From the NCBI GenBank assembly GCA_937905925.1, contig CALCXO010000029.1, forward strand, positions 102,561-166,560: a stretch of DNA of 64,000 bases. Reading direction: 5' to 3'. The DNA comes from an uncultured Atopobium sp. (GTDB lineage: Bacteria; Actinomycetota; Coriobacteriia; Coriobacteriales; Atopobiaceae). This document shows, in pieces, positions 10,552-20,882 of the stretch. Position numbers and translations under genes: made by a program. Under the pieces are notes generated by a model, which saw only the letters and a list, made by a program, of their open reading frames with translations, was not told the DNA's origin and searched no databases. Numbering within the stretch: the stretch's first letter is position 1; each line of letters begins with the position of its first letter.

Positions 10552-10660
10552 GATACTTCCTACTCTTTACAACTCAAAACTCTGAGTACACAGGGCTTCT
10601 CGCTAAATATTGTTTGTAATGTACCTTAGTATATACCGACTCTGCGTCGTTCAAGCCTAT

Positions 10661-10696
10661 AAAAAGAGGACTCCAGCTAACGGCTGAAGTCCTCTT
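10661..10696 (-). terminator. Intrinsic terminator after rpoC
   Basis: The minus strand reads AGAGGACTTCAGCC-gtt-AGCTGGAGTCCTCT followed by TTTTT. Confidence 0.75.
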
Positions 10697-10746
10697 GTGT
10701 ATCGGAGGCAATCTCCGAAAAAGTTTGATGTATCAGGCGAGATTAC

Positions 10747-13700
10747 TTACTCGTCTTCGCCGTCTGCCTCAGCGTCCATACGGACAACCTGGTTAAGCAG
10801 GTCATCCAGAGAACCAAGGTCCTCGTTGATTACATCAGGGCTAACCTCGTCGGAAGAAGAGCCGATGAGTGTCTCAGTGTAATCAGAGTGGGTGGATGGA
10901 GCTGCGGAACCCAGCATCAGGCCACCGTCGCCTTCTGGCGAGAAGACCATGTTGAGCAGCTGAGAAAGATCCTCAGAATCAGCCTCATCCTCTTCTGGCT
11001 CAAGGATGTAGAGGAGGTTACGAGCCTCAAGGCCATCGCGGAGCTCCTCGATTGCCTTTGCACCAATACCATCGATGCGAAGCAGGTCTTCCTCAGTCTT
11101 GCCAATAAGATCGCCTACGGTCTCAATGCCAACCTCGCTGAACTTGTTGGTCCAACGCTGTGACACGCCAAGATCGTCGAAGAGGTACAGCTTTGCGTCC
11201 TCGCTTGAAAGCGTGCGGCCATTCTTGGAGTAAACGCCACCGTTGTAATCCTCATTGACCCAGTCAAGCTGCTTAGGAAGCTGCTCCTCGATGTCCTTAA
11301 GCTCTGCTGGTGCCCAGTCTGGAAGAGACTTAGCAAGAGAAGAGGTTGGGCCATCAATCTTGGTGCCGTGGTACGTAAGCTCAACATCGTTGTATGCGGA
11401 GAGACCAGTACCTGCAGGAATCTGCTTACCAACAATAACGTTGGACTTAAGGTCAAGCAGGTGGTCAACGTCGCCCTCAATGGCTGCAGAGGTAAGAACG
11501 CCTGCAGTACGGATGAACGATGCACTGGAGAGCCAAGAATCGATAGAGCTTGCAACCTTCAGAGTACCAAGGATTGCGGGCTCTGCCTCTGGTGAAGTAC
11601 CACCAGCAAGGGCAATGTTCTGGACAGTCTCTGCAAAGACATAGCGGTCCACATACTGACCAAGCAGGTACGAAGAGTCACCTGGGTTGGTAACCTGAAC
11701 ACGACGAAGCATCTGACGTGCGATAACCTCGATGTGCTTATCGTTGAGTTCTACACCCTGGGAGGTATAGACGTCCTTAACGGACTCAACGAAGGTGTGC
11801 ATAGTGGACTCAATGTCAGTGAGTCGACGGAGCATACGGAAGTTGACGAAGCCGCGGGTAATCTGGTCACCAGCACGGACAACAACGCCATCCTCAATAC
11901 CAGGCATGAAGCGGACAGATGCAGGTACACGCCACTCCTCGATGACACGGGAAGCATCGTCTGCATCAACAATACGCAGCAGGTACTCGGTGGTCTCTGG
12001 GGTAATGTGAAGAACACCAGAAACAGGAGCCAGGTCAGCCTCGCGACCAAGAATCTTCTCGTTGACGTTGCCGACGACGTCGAACATACGAGCAACGGTA
12101 GGAAGACCCTGCGTAATATCGTCTGCGCCTGCAACACCACCGGAGTGAATGGTACGCATGGTCAACTGAGTACCAGGCTCACCAATGGACTGAGCTGCGA
12201 TAATACCAACTGCAGTACCAATGTTGACAGGACGACGGGTGGAAAGATCCCAACCGTAGCACTTCTGGCAGACGCCGTACTTAGACTTACAGGTCAGAAG
12301 CGCACGGAGCTGAACCTTAGCAAGGCCGTGCTCAACAAGACGCTCAAGATCCTGCTTGGACTCAACATAGCCACCAGCAGGGATAAGAACCTCGCCAGTG
12401 TTTGGATCGCAGACATCCTCAAGGGTGCAGCGGCCAATCAGGTCAGTATCAACAGAAGTCTGACCAGGCTTAATCAGAGGATAGGTAACTGCCTCATCAG
12501 TGCCGCAGTCCTCCTCGCGGACAATGACGTCCTGTGCAACGTCGACGAGTCGACGAGTCAGGTAACCAGAGTCGGAGGTGTGGGATGCGGTATCTACCAG
12601 ACCCTTACGAGCGCCGTAGGTAGAAATGAAGTACTCAAGAGGCTCAAGACCCTCGCGGAAGTTTGCCTTAATTGGAAGGTCGATGGTTTCACCGGACATA
12701 TCCGCCATCAGGCCTCGCATACCAGCAAGCTGGCGAAGCTGTGTCTTAGAACCACGAGCTCCAGAGTCAGCCATCATGTAAATTGGGTTGTTCTCTGCAA
12801 AGCCTGTAAGCATCTCAGAGCCGAGAAGATCGGTGCACTCGGTCCATGCGTTAACAACCTCAACGTGACGCTCTCGCTCGGAAAGGAAGCCGTCCTCGTA
12901 GTACTCGTTGATCTGGTCAACGCGGTCCTGTGCTTCCTGAAGCAGCTGTGGCTTGTGTGGAGGAATGACAGCGTCCCAAACAGAAACAGTCAGACCAGCA
13001 AGAGTTGCGTAGTGGAAACCAGTCTTCTTGATGTTGTCCAGAATTGGCTCAACATCAGCCATTGGGTAACGGTCGCAACAATCGTTGACCAGAACACCAA
13101 TGTCGGACTTAACCATCTTGTAGTTGATGTATGGGTAATCCTCTGGCAGGCACTGACGGTTGAAGATAATGCGACCAACAGTGGTCTCAAAACGCTTGGT
13201 ACCCTCAGTAACGTCCAGGTCCTCATACTGACCGCGGCCAGTCATAACGCGGAAGATAGCACGATCGCTATCAGCAACGTTTGCATCCTTGGAGCTTACG
13301 CGGACAACAACCTTTGCCTGGAGATCAAGGTCACGGTTGGCCTCAATAGCCAGAAGAGCATCCTCAAAGCTTGCAAAGGTAAGAGTCTTAGCGTCTTCAC
13401 CAGTCTTCTCGGAAGTGAGGTAGTAGACACCAAAGACCATATCCTGAGAAGGAACGGTCAGAACCTTACCAGAAGCAGGGCTTCTGAGGTTGTTGCTGGA
13501 GAGCATCAGAATGCGAGCCTCTGTCTGTGCCTGAGTAGAAAGTGGCACGTGGACAGACATCTGGTCGCCGTCGAAGTCTGCGTTGAATGGTGCGCAGACC
13601 AGTGGGTGCAGGTGGATTGCCTTACCCTCGATAAGGACTGGCTCAAATGCCTGGATAGACAGACGGTGAAGGGTAGGTGCGCGGTTGAGAAGAACGAGGC

Positions 13701-15177
13701 GGTCCTGAATGACCTCATCCAGAACGTCCCAAACAACTGGAGTACCACGGTCAATAGCGCGCTTTGCGCCCTTAATGTTTTCAACCTTGCGGAGCTCAAC
13801 CAAACGACGCATGACAAATGGCTTGAAGAGCTCAAGTGCCATAGCAGATGGAAGGCCGCACTGGTGCAGCTTCAGGTGTGGGTCAACAACAATGACGGAA
13901 CGGCCAGAGTAGTCAACACGCTTACCCAGAAGGTTCTGACGGAAGCGACCCTGCTTACCCTTAAGGGCCTCAGCAAGAGACTTCAGAGGACGTCCACCAC
14001 GACCAGTGACTGGACGACCACGGCGACCGTTGTCAAACAGAGCGTCAACGGACTCCTGAAGCATGCGCTTCTCGTTGTTAACAATGATAGAAGGTGCCTC
14101 AAGATCAAGCAGGCGCTTAAGACGATTGTTACGGTTAATAACACGACGATACAAATCGTTTAAGTCGGAAGCTGCAAAACGGCCACCATCAAGCTGAACC
14201 ATAGGACGAAGATCAGGTGGAATAACTGGTACAACGTCAAGAATCATGTTAGCTGGATCGTTGCCACCCTTAAGGAAGGCGTCAACAATCTCAAGACGCT
14301 TAATGGCCTTCTCGCGCTTCTGCTTCTGAGCATCCTCATTGGCGATAATAGCGCGGAGCTCCTTGGCCTCTTTCTCAAGGTCAATGTTGGAGAGAAGGTC
14401 GCGGACTGCCTCTGCGCCCATGCCACCCTTGAAGTAGATGCCATAGTAGCGCTTAAGCTCGGAGAACAGACCCTCATCGGAGATGAGCTCTCTGGTCTCA
14501 AGCTGCATGAACTTCTCGAAAGCCTCACGACGAAGTGTCTTCTCTTCCTCGTACTCTTCCTCAAGATCAGCGACGCCTGCACGAATCTCGTCCTCAGAAA
14601 GAGGCTCAAAATCGCCAAACTCGTCATCCTGTGGCTGGCCCTGCTCACGAAGACGTGCGATCTGATCGTCACGCTCTGCGTCAAGCTCTTCGAGGTCTGC
14701 TGCAAGCTCCTCACGAAGATCGTCTACGTCAGCCTCACGTGCCTCAGTGTCAACACTGGTGATTACGTAAGATGCAAAGTAGAGGACTTTCTCGAGGTCC
14801 TTGCTCTTGATGTCAAGAAGACGTGCCAGAGGGAAGCTGGTTGGGCTCTTGAAGTACCAGATGTGGCTTACAGGAGCAGCAAGCTCGATGTGGCCCATGC
14901 GGTCACGACGAACCTTTGCGGTGGTTACTTCAACACCGCAGCGCTCGCAGGTAATACCCTTGAAGCGAATGCCTTTGTACTTACCGCAGGCACACTCCCA
15001 GTCCCTTACAGGTCCAAAGATCTTCTCGCAGAAAAGGCCGTCCTTTTCTGGCTTAAGGGTACGGTAGTTGATGGTCTCTGGCTTCTTTACCTCGCCATAG
15101 GACCAACCGCGGATATCATCAGCAGACGCTAGAGAAATTTTAATAGCGTCAAATTCAGTGGAATCGAAATCTGCCAC
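10747..15177 (-). CDS. rpoC: DNA-directed RNA polymerase subunit beta-prime, with a C-terminal alpha-CTD-like extension
   Basis: 1476-aa ORF with canonical beta-prime motifs (NADFDGDQM; ...GKQIPAGTG), an acidic coiled-coil insertion near residues 140-230, and about 218 extra C-terminal residues. Confidence 0.97.
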   Translation of the reverse strand: MADFDSTEFDAIKISLASADDIRGWSYGEVKKPETINYRTLKPEKDGLFCEKIFGPVRDWECACGKYKGIRFKGITCERCGVEVTTAKVRRDRMGHIELAAPVSHIWYFKSPTSFPLARLLDIKSKDLEKVLYFASYVITSVDTEAREADVDDLREELAADLEELDAERDDQIARLREQGQPQDDEFGDFEPLSEDEIRAGVADLEEEYEEEKTLRREAFEKFMQLETRELISDEGLFSELKRYYGIYFKGGMGAEAVRDLLSNIDLEKEAKELRAIIANEDAQKQKREKAIKRLEIVDAFLKGGNDPANMILDVVPVIPPDLRPMVQLDGGRFAASDLNDLYRRVINRNNRLKRLLDLEAPSIIVNNEKRMLQESVDALFDNGRRGRPVTGRGGRPLKSLAEALKGKQGRFRQNLLGKRVDYSGRSVIVVDPHLKLHQCGLPSAMALELFKPFVMRRLVELRKVENIKGAKRAIDRGTPVVWDVLDEVIQDRLVLLNRAPTLHRLSIQAFEPVLIEGKAIHLHPLVCAPFNADFDGDQMSVHVPLSTQAQTEARILMLSSNNLRSPASGKVLTVPSQDMVFGVYYLTSEKTGEDAKTLTFASFEDALLAIEANRDLDLQAKVVVRVSSKDANVADSDRAIFRVMTGRGQYEDLDVTEGTKRFETTVGRIIFNRQCLPEDYPYINYKMVKSDIGVLVNDCCDRYPMADVEPILDNIKKTGFHYATLAGLTVSVWDAVIPPHKPQLLQEAQDRVDQINEYYEDGFLSERERHVEVVNAWTECTDLLGSEMLTGFAENNPIYMMADSGARGSKTQLRQLAGMRGLMADMSGETIDLPIKANFREGLEPLEYFISTYGARKGLVDTASHTSDSGYLTRRLVDVAQDVIVREEDCGTDEAVTYPLIKPGQTSVDTDLIGRCTLEDVCDPNTGEVLIPAGGYVESKQDLERLVEHGLAKVQLRALLTCKSKYGVCQKCYGWDLSTRRPVNIGTAVGIIAAQSIGEPGTQLTMRTIHSGGVAGADDITQGLPTVARMFDVVGNVNEKILGREADLAPVSGVLHITPETTEYLLRIVDADDASRVIEEWRVPASVRFMPGIEDGVVVRAGDQITRGFVNFRMLRRLTDIESTMHTFVESVKDVYTSQGVELNDKHIEVIARQMLRRVQVTNPGDSSYLLGQYVDRYVFAETVQNIALAGGTSPEAEPAILGTLKVASSIDSWLSSASFIRTAGVLTSAAIEGDVDHLLDLKSNVIVGKQIPAGTGLSAYNDVELTYHGTKIDGPTSSLAKSLPDWAPAELKDIEEQLPKQLDWVNEDYNGGVYSKNGRTLSSEDAKLYLFDDLGVSQRWTNKFSEVGIETVGDLIGKTEEDLLRIDGIGAKAIEELRDGLEARNLLYILEPEEDEADSEDLSQLLNMVFSPEGDGGLMLGSAAPSTHSDYTETLIGSSSDEVSPDVINEDLGSLDDLLNQVVRMDAEADGEDE

Positions 15178-15182
15178 AGTCG

Positions 15183-18100
15183 CTACTCCTTATCGGTGGT
15201 CGCGTCGCCTACAAGTGCGGATGCACCCTCAGCGTCTTGGGACAGGTCGGAAGCGGTTACCTCAGTGAAGCCAAGGTCGTTGAGGATCTCAACAGCGTTC
15301 TTCTCCTCAGGATCTGTGACCTTTGCGGTATTTGCACGCTTACGATAGGAGATTGGCTCAATGTCAAGTGCCAGGGAGCGAATCTCTTTGACCAGAACCT
15401 TGAAGGACTCAGGAATTCCTGCAGTAGGAATGTTCTCGCCCTTAACAATGGACTCATAGGTCTTAACACGGCCGTTGGTATCGTCAGACTTAACGGTGAG
15501 GATCTCCTGGAGGACGTTAGCAGCACCGTATGCATACAGTGCCCAAACCTCCATCTCACCAAAGCGCTGACCGCCGAACTGTGCCTTACCACCCAGAGGC
15601 TGCTGGGTAACAAGAGAGTAAGGACCAGTTGAACGTGCGTGGATCTTATCGTCAACCATGTGGCCGAGCTTCAAGATGTAAGAAACACCAACGGTAATTG
15701 GGCTCTTGAAAGCCTCACCGGTACGACCATCGTAGAGGGTAGTCTTACCACGCTCGTTGAGCTGTGGAACAAACTCCTCACGCATGTTCTCGCCGTACTC
15801 CTTGAGAGCCTTGTTGATCATGTTGATGTTGGTGCGGCGAACAATCTCTGCAACGGACTCATCAGTAGCACCGTCAAACAGTGGTGTTGCAACAGGAATT
15901 GGGCCCTCAACGTAACGCTTGGAATCTGCGTCATCGTCATCCCAACCATGTGCAGCGCCCCAGCCAAGGTGGCACTCAAGCAGCTGACCAACGTTCATAC
16001 GGGAAGGAACGCCCAGTGGGTCGAGAATAACGTCTACTGGGGTACCGTCTGCCATGTAAGGCATGTCCTCAACAGGAAGAACCTTACAAATAACACCCTT
16101 GTTACCGTGACGACCAGCGATCTTATCGCCCTGCTGGATCTTTCTGCGCTGAGCAACAAAGACGCGGACCAAGTCGTTTACCCCTGGAGGCAGGTCGTCT
16201 CCAGCCTCACGGCTGAAGCGGACAACGTCAACAACGCGGCCATAGGAGCCGTGTGGCATCTTGAGGGAAGTATCGCGAACGTCGTGTGCCTTAGCACCGA
16301 AGATTGCGCGAAGCAGGCGCTCTTCTGCGGTCAGAGCAGTCTCACCCTTAGGAGTGACCTTACCAACCAGAATATCGCCAGGGCCAACCTCAGCGCCGAT
16401 GCGGATGATACCGTCATCGTCGAGGTTTGCGAGCATGTCCTCACCAAGGTTTGGAATCTCGCGGGTAATCTCCTCAGCACCAAGTTTGGTGTCACGAGCA
16501 TCAATCTCGTGGCGGGAAATGTTAACGGAGGTCAGGAGGTCTTCCTGAACAACACGCTCGGAGACGATAATACCGTCCTCGTAGTTGTAGCCTTCCCATG
16601 GCATGTAAGCAACGGTAAGGTTTGCACCAAGTGCCAGCTCAGAGTGGTCAACAGATGGACCGTCTGCGATTGGCTGGCCCTTCTCGACCTTCTGTCCAAC
16701 TGTGACAATTGGACGGTGGTTGATGCACGTGGACTGGTTAGAGCGCTCGTACTTAGGAAGATTGTAGCGCTGAGAACCGTGCTCATCGGAGTAGATGACA
16801 ACGTGAGCTGCATCAACCTCGGTGACCTCGCCGGCAAACTCTGCGCAAATAAGCTCACCAGAGTCCTGAGCTGCGCGGCCCTCCATGCCAGTTCCAACAA
16901 ATGGAGCGTGGGACTGAATCAGAGGCACTGCCTGACGCTGCATGTTTGCGCCCATGAGGGTACGCTTTGCGTCGTCGTGCTCAAGGAATGGAATGAGGTT
17001 AGCTGCGACGGAGAGAAGCTGACGTGGAGAAACGTCCATGTAGTCAACGTCCTCAACAGGAACCTGCGCAGGTGCACCGAAGGAACCGTCGAAGTCGCGG
17101 GTACGTGCGATAACGCGGTCTGCATCAACAATCTTGCCGTCTGCGTCAACCTCAACAAACTTCTTAGACTTAGGGTCAATTGGGGTGTTAGCAGGAGCAA
17201 TAATGTGATTCTCCTCCTCGTCTGCAGTCATCCAGACAATGTCGTCAGAGACAACACCGCCTGTGACCTTACGATAAGGAGCCTCGATAAAGCCGTACTC
17301 ATTTACGTGAGCGTACAGTGCCAAAGAGCCGATAAGACCAATGTTTGGTCCCTCAGGAGTCTCGATTGGGCACATACGGGAGTAGTGCGAGTTGTGAACG
17401 TCGCGGACTGCGGTAGGAACGTTGGTACGACGGCTGGAGCCGGACTTGTGTCCTGCAAGACCGCCAGGTCCCAGAGCAGAAAGACGACGCTTGTGGGTCA
17501 AACCAGCAAGTGGGTTTGCCTGGTCCATGAACTGCGAAAGCTGAGAAGAACCGAAGAACTCCTTGATTGCAGCAACAATTGGACGGATGTTGATCAGAGA
17601 CTGTGGAGTGATGTCGTCTGCGTCCTGAGATGCCATGCGCTCACGAACAACGCGCTCCATGCGGCTCATACCAATGCGGAACTGGTTCTGGACCAGCTCG
17701 CCAACGGTACGGACGCGGCGGTTGCCAAAGTGGTCAATGTCATCGAGGTGCTTAGACTCATCACCTGCGTGCACTGCAAGAAGGTACTGAAGAGCTGCAA
17801 CGATGTCCTCTTTGGTAAGAACACGAACGTCTGCAGGAATCTCTTCCTCAAGCTTCTTGTTGATCTTGTAACGACCAACGCGTGCAAGGTCATAGCGCTG
17901 CTCGTTGAAGAAGAGGCCGTCAAGCAGTGAACGGGCAGAGTCAACAGTTGGTGGCTCGCCTGGGCGCTGACGACGATAAATCTCGATAAGAGCATCCTCA
18001 CGTGTGGTTGCAACATCACGCTCGAGTGTGTTGCGAACAACATCGGAATCACCAAGGAGCGAGAGGATCTCGTCATCGGTAACAGCAATGCCAAGTGCAC

Positions 18101-18698
18101 GGAGGAAGACGGTAGCGCTCTGGCGACGCTTGCGGTCAATGGAGACGACCAGGTGGCCGCGCTTATCAACCTCAAACTCAAGCCATGCACCACGTGCAGG
18201 AATGAACTGAGACTTGTGGACCAGAACACCGTTGTCCATCTCTGACGAGAAATACACGCCAGGTGAACGAACGAGCTGTGAAACCACAACGCGCTCAGAA
18301 CCGTTGATGATGAAGGTACCGCGCTCAGTCATCAGTGGGAAATCACCCATGAAGACAAGCTGCTCCTTCATCTCACCAGTCTCTTTGTTGACAAAACGGA
18401 CGTCAACAAAAAGAGGTGCTTGATATGAAATGTCTTTTGCACGACACTCAGCCATTGAATTGGCAGGGTCGCCGAACTGATGGTCACCAAAGGTGACCTG
18501 CATGGTTCCAGCGCTGTTCTCAATTGGCGAGAACTCAGCGAAGGACTCTGCAAGGCCCTCTCCCATAAAGCGCTCAAATGATTCCTTCTGTACAGAAATC
18601 AGATTTGGCAGCTCCATAGCTGCGGGAATCTTACTGAACGTCCTGCGTCCAGTATGCGCCTGAGGCGTGGTGAGGGAAGTCTTTTTAGCGGTAGACAC
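15183..18698 (-). CDS. rpoB: DNA-directed RNA polymerase subunit beta
   Basis: Beta-subunit sequence throughout. The likely start is the GTG at 18698, 8 nt after GAAGGAGGA. The track ORF starts at 18743. Confidence 0.96.
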   Translation of the reverse strand: MSTAKKTSLTTPQAHTGRRTFSKIPAAMELPNLISVQKESFERFMGEGLAESFAEFSPIENSAGTMQVTFGDHQFGDPANSMAECRAKDISYQAPLFVDVRFVNKETGEMKEQLVFMGDFPLMTERGTFIINGSERVVVSQLVRSPGVYFSSEMDNGVLVHKSQFIPARGAWLEFEVDKRGHLVVSIDRKRRQSATVFLRALGIAVTDDEILSLLGDSDVVRNTLERDVATTREDALIEIYRRQRPGEPPTVDSARSLLDGLFFNEQRYDLARVGRYKINKKLEEEIPADVRVLTKEDIVAALQYLLAVHAGDESKHLDDIDHFGNRRVRTVGELVQNQFRIGMSRMERVVRERMASQDADDITPQSLINIRPIVAAIKEFFGSSQLSQFMDQANPLAGLTHKRRLSALGPGGLAGHKSGSSRRTNVPTAVRDVHNSHYSRMCPIETPEGPNIGLIGSLALYAHVNEYGFIEAPYRKVTGGVVSDDIVWMTADEEENHIIAPANTPIDPKSKKFVEVDADGKIVDADRVIARTRDFDGSFGAPAQVPVEDVDYMDVSPRQLLSVAANLIPFLEHDDAKRTLMGANMQRQAVPLIQSHAPFVGTGMEGRAAQDSGELICAEFAGEVTEVDAAHVVIYSDEHGSQRYNLPKYERSNQSTCINHRPIVTVGQKVEKGQPIADGPSVDHSELALGANLTVAYMPWEGYNYEDGIIVSERVVQEDLLTSVNISRHEIDARDTKLGAEEITREIPNLGEDMLANLDDDGIIRIGAEVGPGDILVGKVTPKGETALTAEERLLRAIFGAKAHDVRDTSLKMPHGSYGRVVDVVRFSREAGDDLPPGVNDLVRVFVAQRRKIQQGDKIAGRHGNKGVICKVLPVEDMPYMADGTPVDVILDPLGVPSRMNVGQLLECHLGWGAAHGWDDDDADSKRYVEGPIPVATPLFDGATDESVAEIVRRTNINMINKALKEYGENMREEFVPQLNERGKTTLYDGRTGEAFKSPITVGVSYILKLGHMVDDKIHARSTGPYSLVTQQPLGGKAQFGGQRFGEMEVWALYAYGAANVLQEILTVKSDDTNGRVKTYESIVKGENIPTAGIPESFKVLVKEIRSLALDIEPISYRKRANTAKVTDPEEKNAVEILNDLGFTEVTASDLSQDAEGASALVGDATTDKE

Positions 18699-18749
18699 CA
18701 GGTTGTCCTCCTTCAAAAGGGTGGAAGGTGGCAATTGTCGCAACCTAGT

Positions 18750-18778
18750 AATTTAGTCAAGATTTTAATGCGCGTCAA
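18750..18778 (-). promoter_or_regulatory. Candidate rpoBC promoter
   Basis: The minus strand reads TTGACG-17 nt-TAAATT about 50 nt upstream of the rpoB start. A second candidate, TTGAAA-16 nt-TATAGT, lies at 18811-18838. Confidence 0.4.
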
Positions 18779-19024
18779 CAGAAAAACACTTGATTTTTTA
18801 AGACGTTTTGACTATATTATCGCGTTTATGTTTTTCAACTGCACAAACGTTATGTTGCAGGTAAATCCTTGACTAACTCGTCTTTTCTATATGTGAAGAT
18901 TTTGTGTAGAAGGTCCACGGAGGCAGAAATAGCTTTCGGTGAGCGGCGCTCCCCCGCCGCCGTGCTCCACACGGTACTCCGAGCGCACGGGTTTCTCGCC
19001 AGGCGCGCCGACCTTTTGCTGCGT

Positions 19025-19146
19025 GCGCCTGAAAAGTGCAAAGAATCTGTATTTGAGCCACCGATTCTTTTGCAAAATCAGGCAAATCCACAGATTCTTT
19101 TGCAATTTTAGGCAAAAGTTACAGATTCTTTGTAGAAATCAGGCGC
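19025..19146 (+). repeat. Family-1 intergenic repeat, copy B
   Basis: Left end GCGCCTGAAAAGTGCAAAGAATCTGTA, right end TACAGATTCTTTGTAGAAATCAGGCGC. About 85-90% identical by eye to copies C and D. Confidence 0.9.
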
Positions 19147-19201
19147 GAGGAAGCTGGGTTAAGTCACGCAGTAAGCTAGAGCAATCACGCAGGATTTATG
19201 A

Positions 19202-19321
19202 GCCTGAAATGCACACCAAGTCTGAGCAAAAGTACTCAGACAAGGCGAGAAAAACAGGCAAATAGCTCAGACATGGCGAGAAAATCCGGCAAATCTCTCA
19301 GACTTGATGCACTTTTCAGGC
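19202..19321 (+). repeat. Family-2 intergenic repeat, copy 1
   Basis: Begins GCCTGAAATGCACA and ends TGCACTTTTCAGGC (inverted termini). The interior holds tandem CTCAGAC(A/T)(T/A)GGCGAGAAAA(T/A)C(C/A)GGCAAA units. Homologous to 25894-26013. Confidence 0.8.
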
Positions 19322-19381
19322 TGCAGCAAACGCATCCAAGCTCCATGCACTCCAAGCACACCGGGTTTCTCGCCAGGCAAA

Positions 19382-19413
19382 CAAAAAAGAGGCCAGACCG
19401 AAGTCTGACCTCT
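19382..19413 (-). terminator. Intrinsic terminator after rplL
   Basis: The minus strand reads AGAGGTCAGAC-ttcg-GTCTGGCCTCT followed by TTTTTTG. Confidence 0.75.
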
Positions 19414-19436
19414 CCAGTAAGCAATGTAGGATGGAC

Positions 19437-19817
19437 TTACTTAAGGGTGACGGTAGCGCCAGCCTCCTCGAGCTGAGCCTTAGCAGCCTCAGCGTCCTCC
19501 TTCTTAGCGCCCTCGAGGACAGCCTTAGGAGCACCCTCGACGACCTCCTTTGCCTCCTTGAGGCCAAGGTTGGTAAGAGCACGGACAACCTTGATGACGC
19601 CGATCTTGTTGTCGCCGAAGCCCTCGAGGACAACGTCAAAGTTGGTCTTCTCCTCTGCCTCCTCAGCAGCGCCACCAGCTGCAGGAGCAGCAGCGACAGC
19701 TACAGGAGCAGCAGCGGAAACGCCAAAGACGTCCTCAAGCTCGTGAACGAGCTCAGAAAGCTCGAGTGCTGGCATCTCTTTAAGGGCCTCAATGATCTCA
19801 TCTTTAGTGACAGCCAT
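19437..19817 (-). CDS. rplL: 50S ribosomal protein L7/L12
   Basis: 126-aa ORF with an Ala-rich hinge and the C-terminal domain ...[23 protein letters not shown].... Confidence 0.96.
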   Translation of the reverse strand: MAVTKDEIIEALKEMPALELSELVHELEDVFGVSAAAPVAVAAAPAAGGAAEEAEEKTNFDVVLEGFGDNKIGVIKVVRALTNLGLKEAKEVVEGAPKAVLEGAKKEDAEAAKAQLEEAGATVTLK

Positions 19818-19949
19818 GTCAATTCTCCTTTTTAAACGATGCAGCCTTTGTACTGCATCTGGGCAAAAGCCCGGCTTGTATGTGTGCGTTTAAGTGCGTC
19901 TACACTCTCACGCGGTTTGCGCCAATGCGCGGGTACAACAAAACGTTGC

Positions 19950-20471
19950 TTATGCAGCGTTTTTCTGATCTGCGACTGCAGAAAGAGCGGTTGCGAGTCC
20001 ACGAGCTGGACCAGCGCAAACCTGTGCAATACCGGTAAGTGGGCTTGCAACAACGAAGACAAGCTTTGCAATGAGCTCCTCGCGAGAAGGAAGGTCTGCG
20101 TAAGCCTTTGCCTCGTCAGCGGTAAGTGCCTGACCATCAGCGATACCACCAATGAACTCAACTTTCTTGAGCTTCTTGGCCTGATCCTTGATGACCTTAG
20201 CGGCCTCGACAGGATCATTCTCATAGAAAACGTATGCGCAGGTACCGGCGAGCATCTCGTCAATCTCTGGCATACCAGCGTTCTTAAGAGCAATCTTGAC
20301 GATGTTGTTCTTATAGACCTTCATGTGAGCGCCTGCTGCGGTAAGTGCGCGGCGAAGCTCCTGAGTCTCCTTTACGGAGAGACCACGATAGTCGATAACA
20401 AACAGGCCCTTGGAGTTGTCGAGAGAAGCGGAAACCTTCTCGAGCAAATCAAGTTTAGACTGAGCTGGCAT
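19950..20471 (-). CDS. rplJ: 50S ribosomal protein L10
   Basis: The L10 sequence starts at the ATG at 20471 (MPAQSKLDLLEKV...), 7 nt after AAGGAGG. The track ORF extends to 20588. Confidence 0.92.
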   Translation of the reverse strand: MPAQSKLDLLEKVSASLDNSKGLFVIDYRGLSVKETQELRRALTAAGAHMKVYKNNIVKIALKNAGMPEIDEMLAGTCAYVFYENDPVEAAKVIKDQAKKLKKVEFIGGIADGQALTADEAKAYADLPSREELIAKLVFVVASPLTGIAQVCAGPARGLATALSAVADQKNAA

Positions 20472-20650
20472 GTAGTACACCTCCTTTATCATGTCTCGGG
20501 CACGAGCGCCAACAGGTGCGGCCCTCACATGAAAAGACCCCACTTTGGCAACCAAAGCGGGGTCTGGATGTACTAATCTCAAGACCACCTCGGCAGGCGG
20601 GAATTCCCATTAAGCCTTGGATTCAAGGCGCCGGCTGTCTTTGGCAGCGA
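20472..20650 (-). promoter_or_regulatory. rplJ leader with a terminator-like hairpin (L10-leader-type attenuator candidate)
   Basis: On the minus strand, 20535-20565 reads AGACCCCGCTTTGG-ttg-CCAAAGTGGGGTCT followed by TTTTC, about 60 nt upstream of rplJ. Rfam L10_leader membership was not verified. Confidence 0.45.
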
Positions 20651-20819
20651 ACGTGCAACTACAAGACGTCTGTCTTGCGTTGGATATTGTGCAGCAAAAA
20701 ACTATCCAAGTCAAGGTTGAGCGCGCAATTTCTTTCTCTTCACAAAAATTTGACGAGAAGGGCGGCTAAGCAGCTACGCACAACTCAGCCACACACATCA
20801 GCCGCGTGCACGCTTCAAG

Positions 20820-20851
20820 AAAAATCCGGTACCTGCAAGCAGATACCGGAT
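20820..20851 (-). terminator. Intrinsic terminator after rplA
   Basis: The minus strand reads ATCCGGTA-tctgcttgcagg-TACCGGAT followed by TTTTT. Confidence 0.65.
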
Positions 20852-20882
20852 TAAACGTGCTAGGTACTTCTAAGCGATTAGC

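Noticed and set aside
11734-14163. 809-aa plus-strand ORF, and a 763-aa one at 15639-17930, opposite rpoC and rpoB
   Set aside because: These are antisense shadow ORFs of highly expressed, codon-biased genes. The translations are low-complexity (rich in V/L/N/T/C) with no recognisable domains. The opposite strand encodes unmistakable beta-prime and beta subunits.
18939-19265. ORFs with mutually similar peptides (18939-19265, 58626-59018, the 5' part of 4311-5024, and 18887-19105)
   Set aside because: The similarity comes from translating the family-1 DNA repeat. There are no start signals, the frames differ between copies, and the peptides are composition artefacts (LKSAKNLYLSHRFF...).
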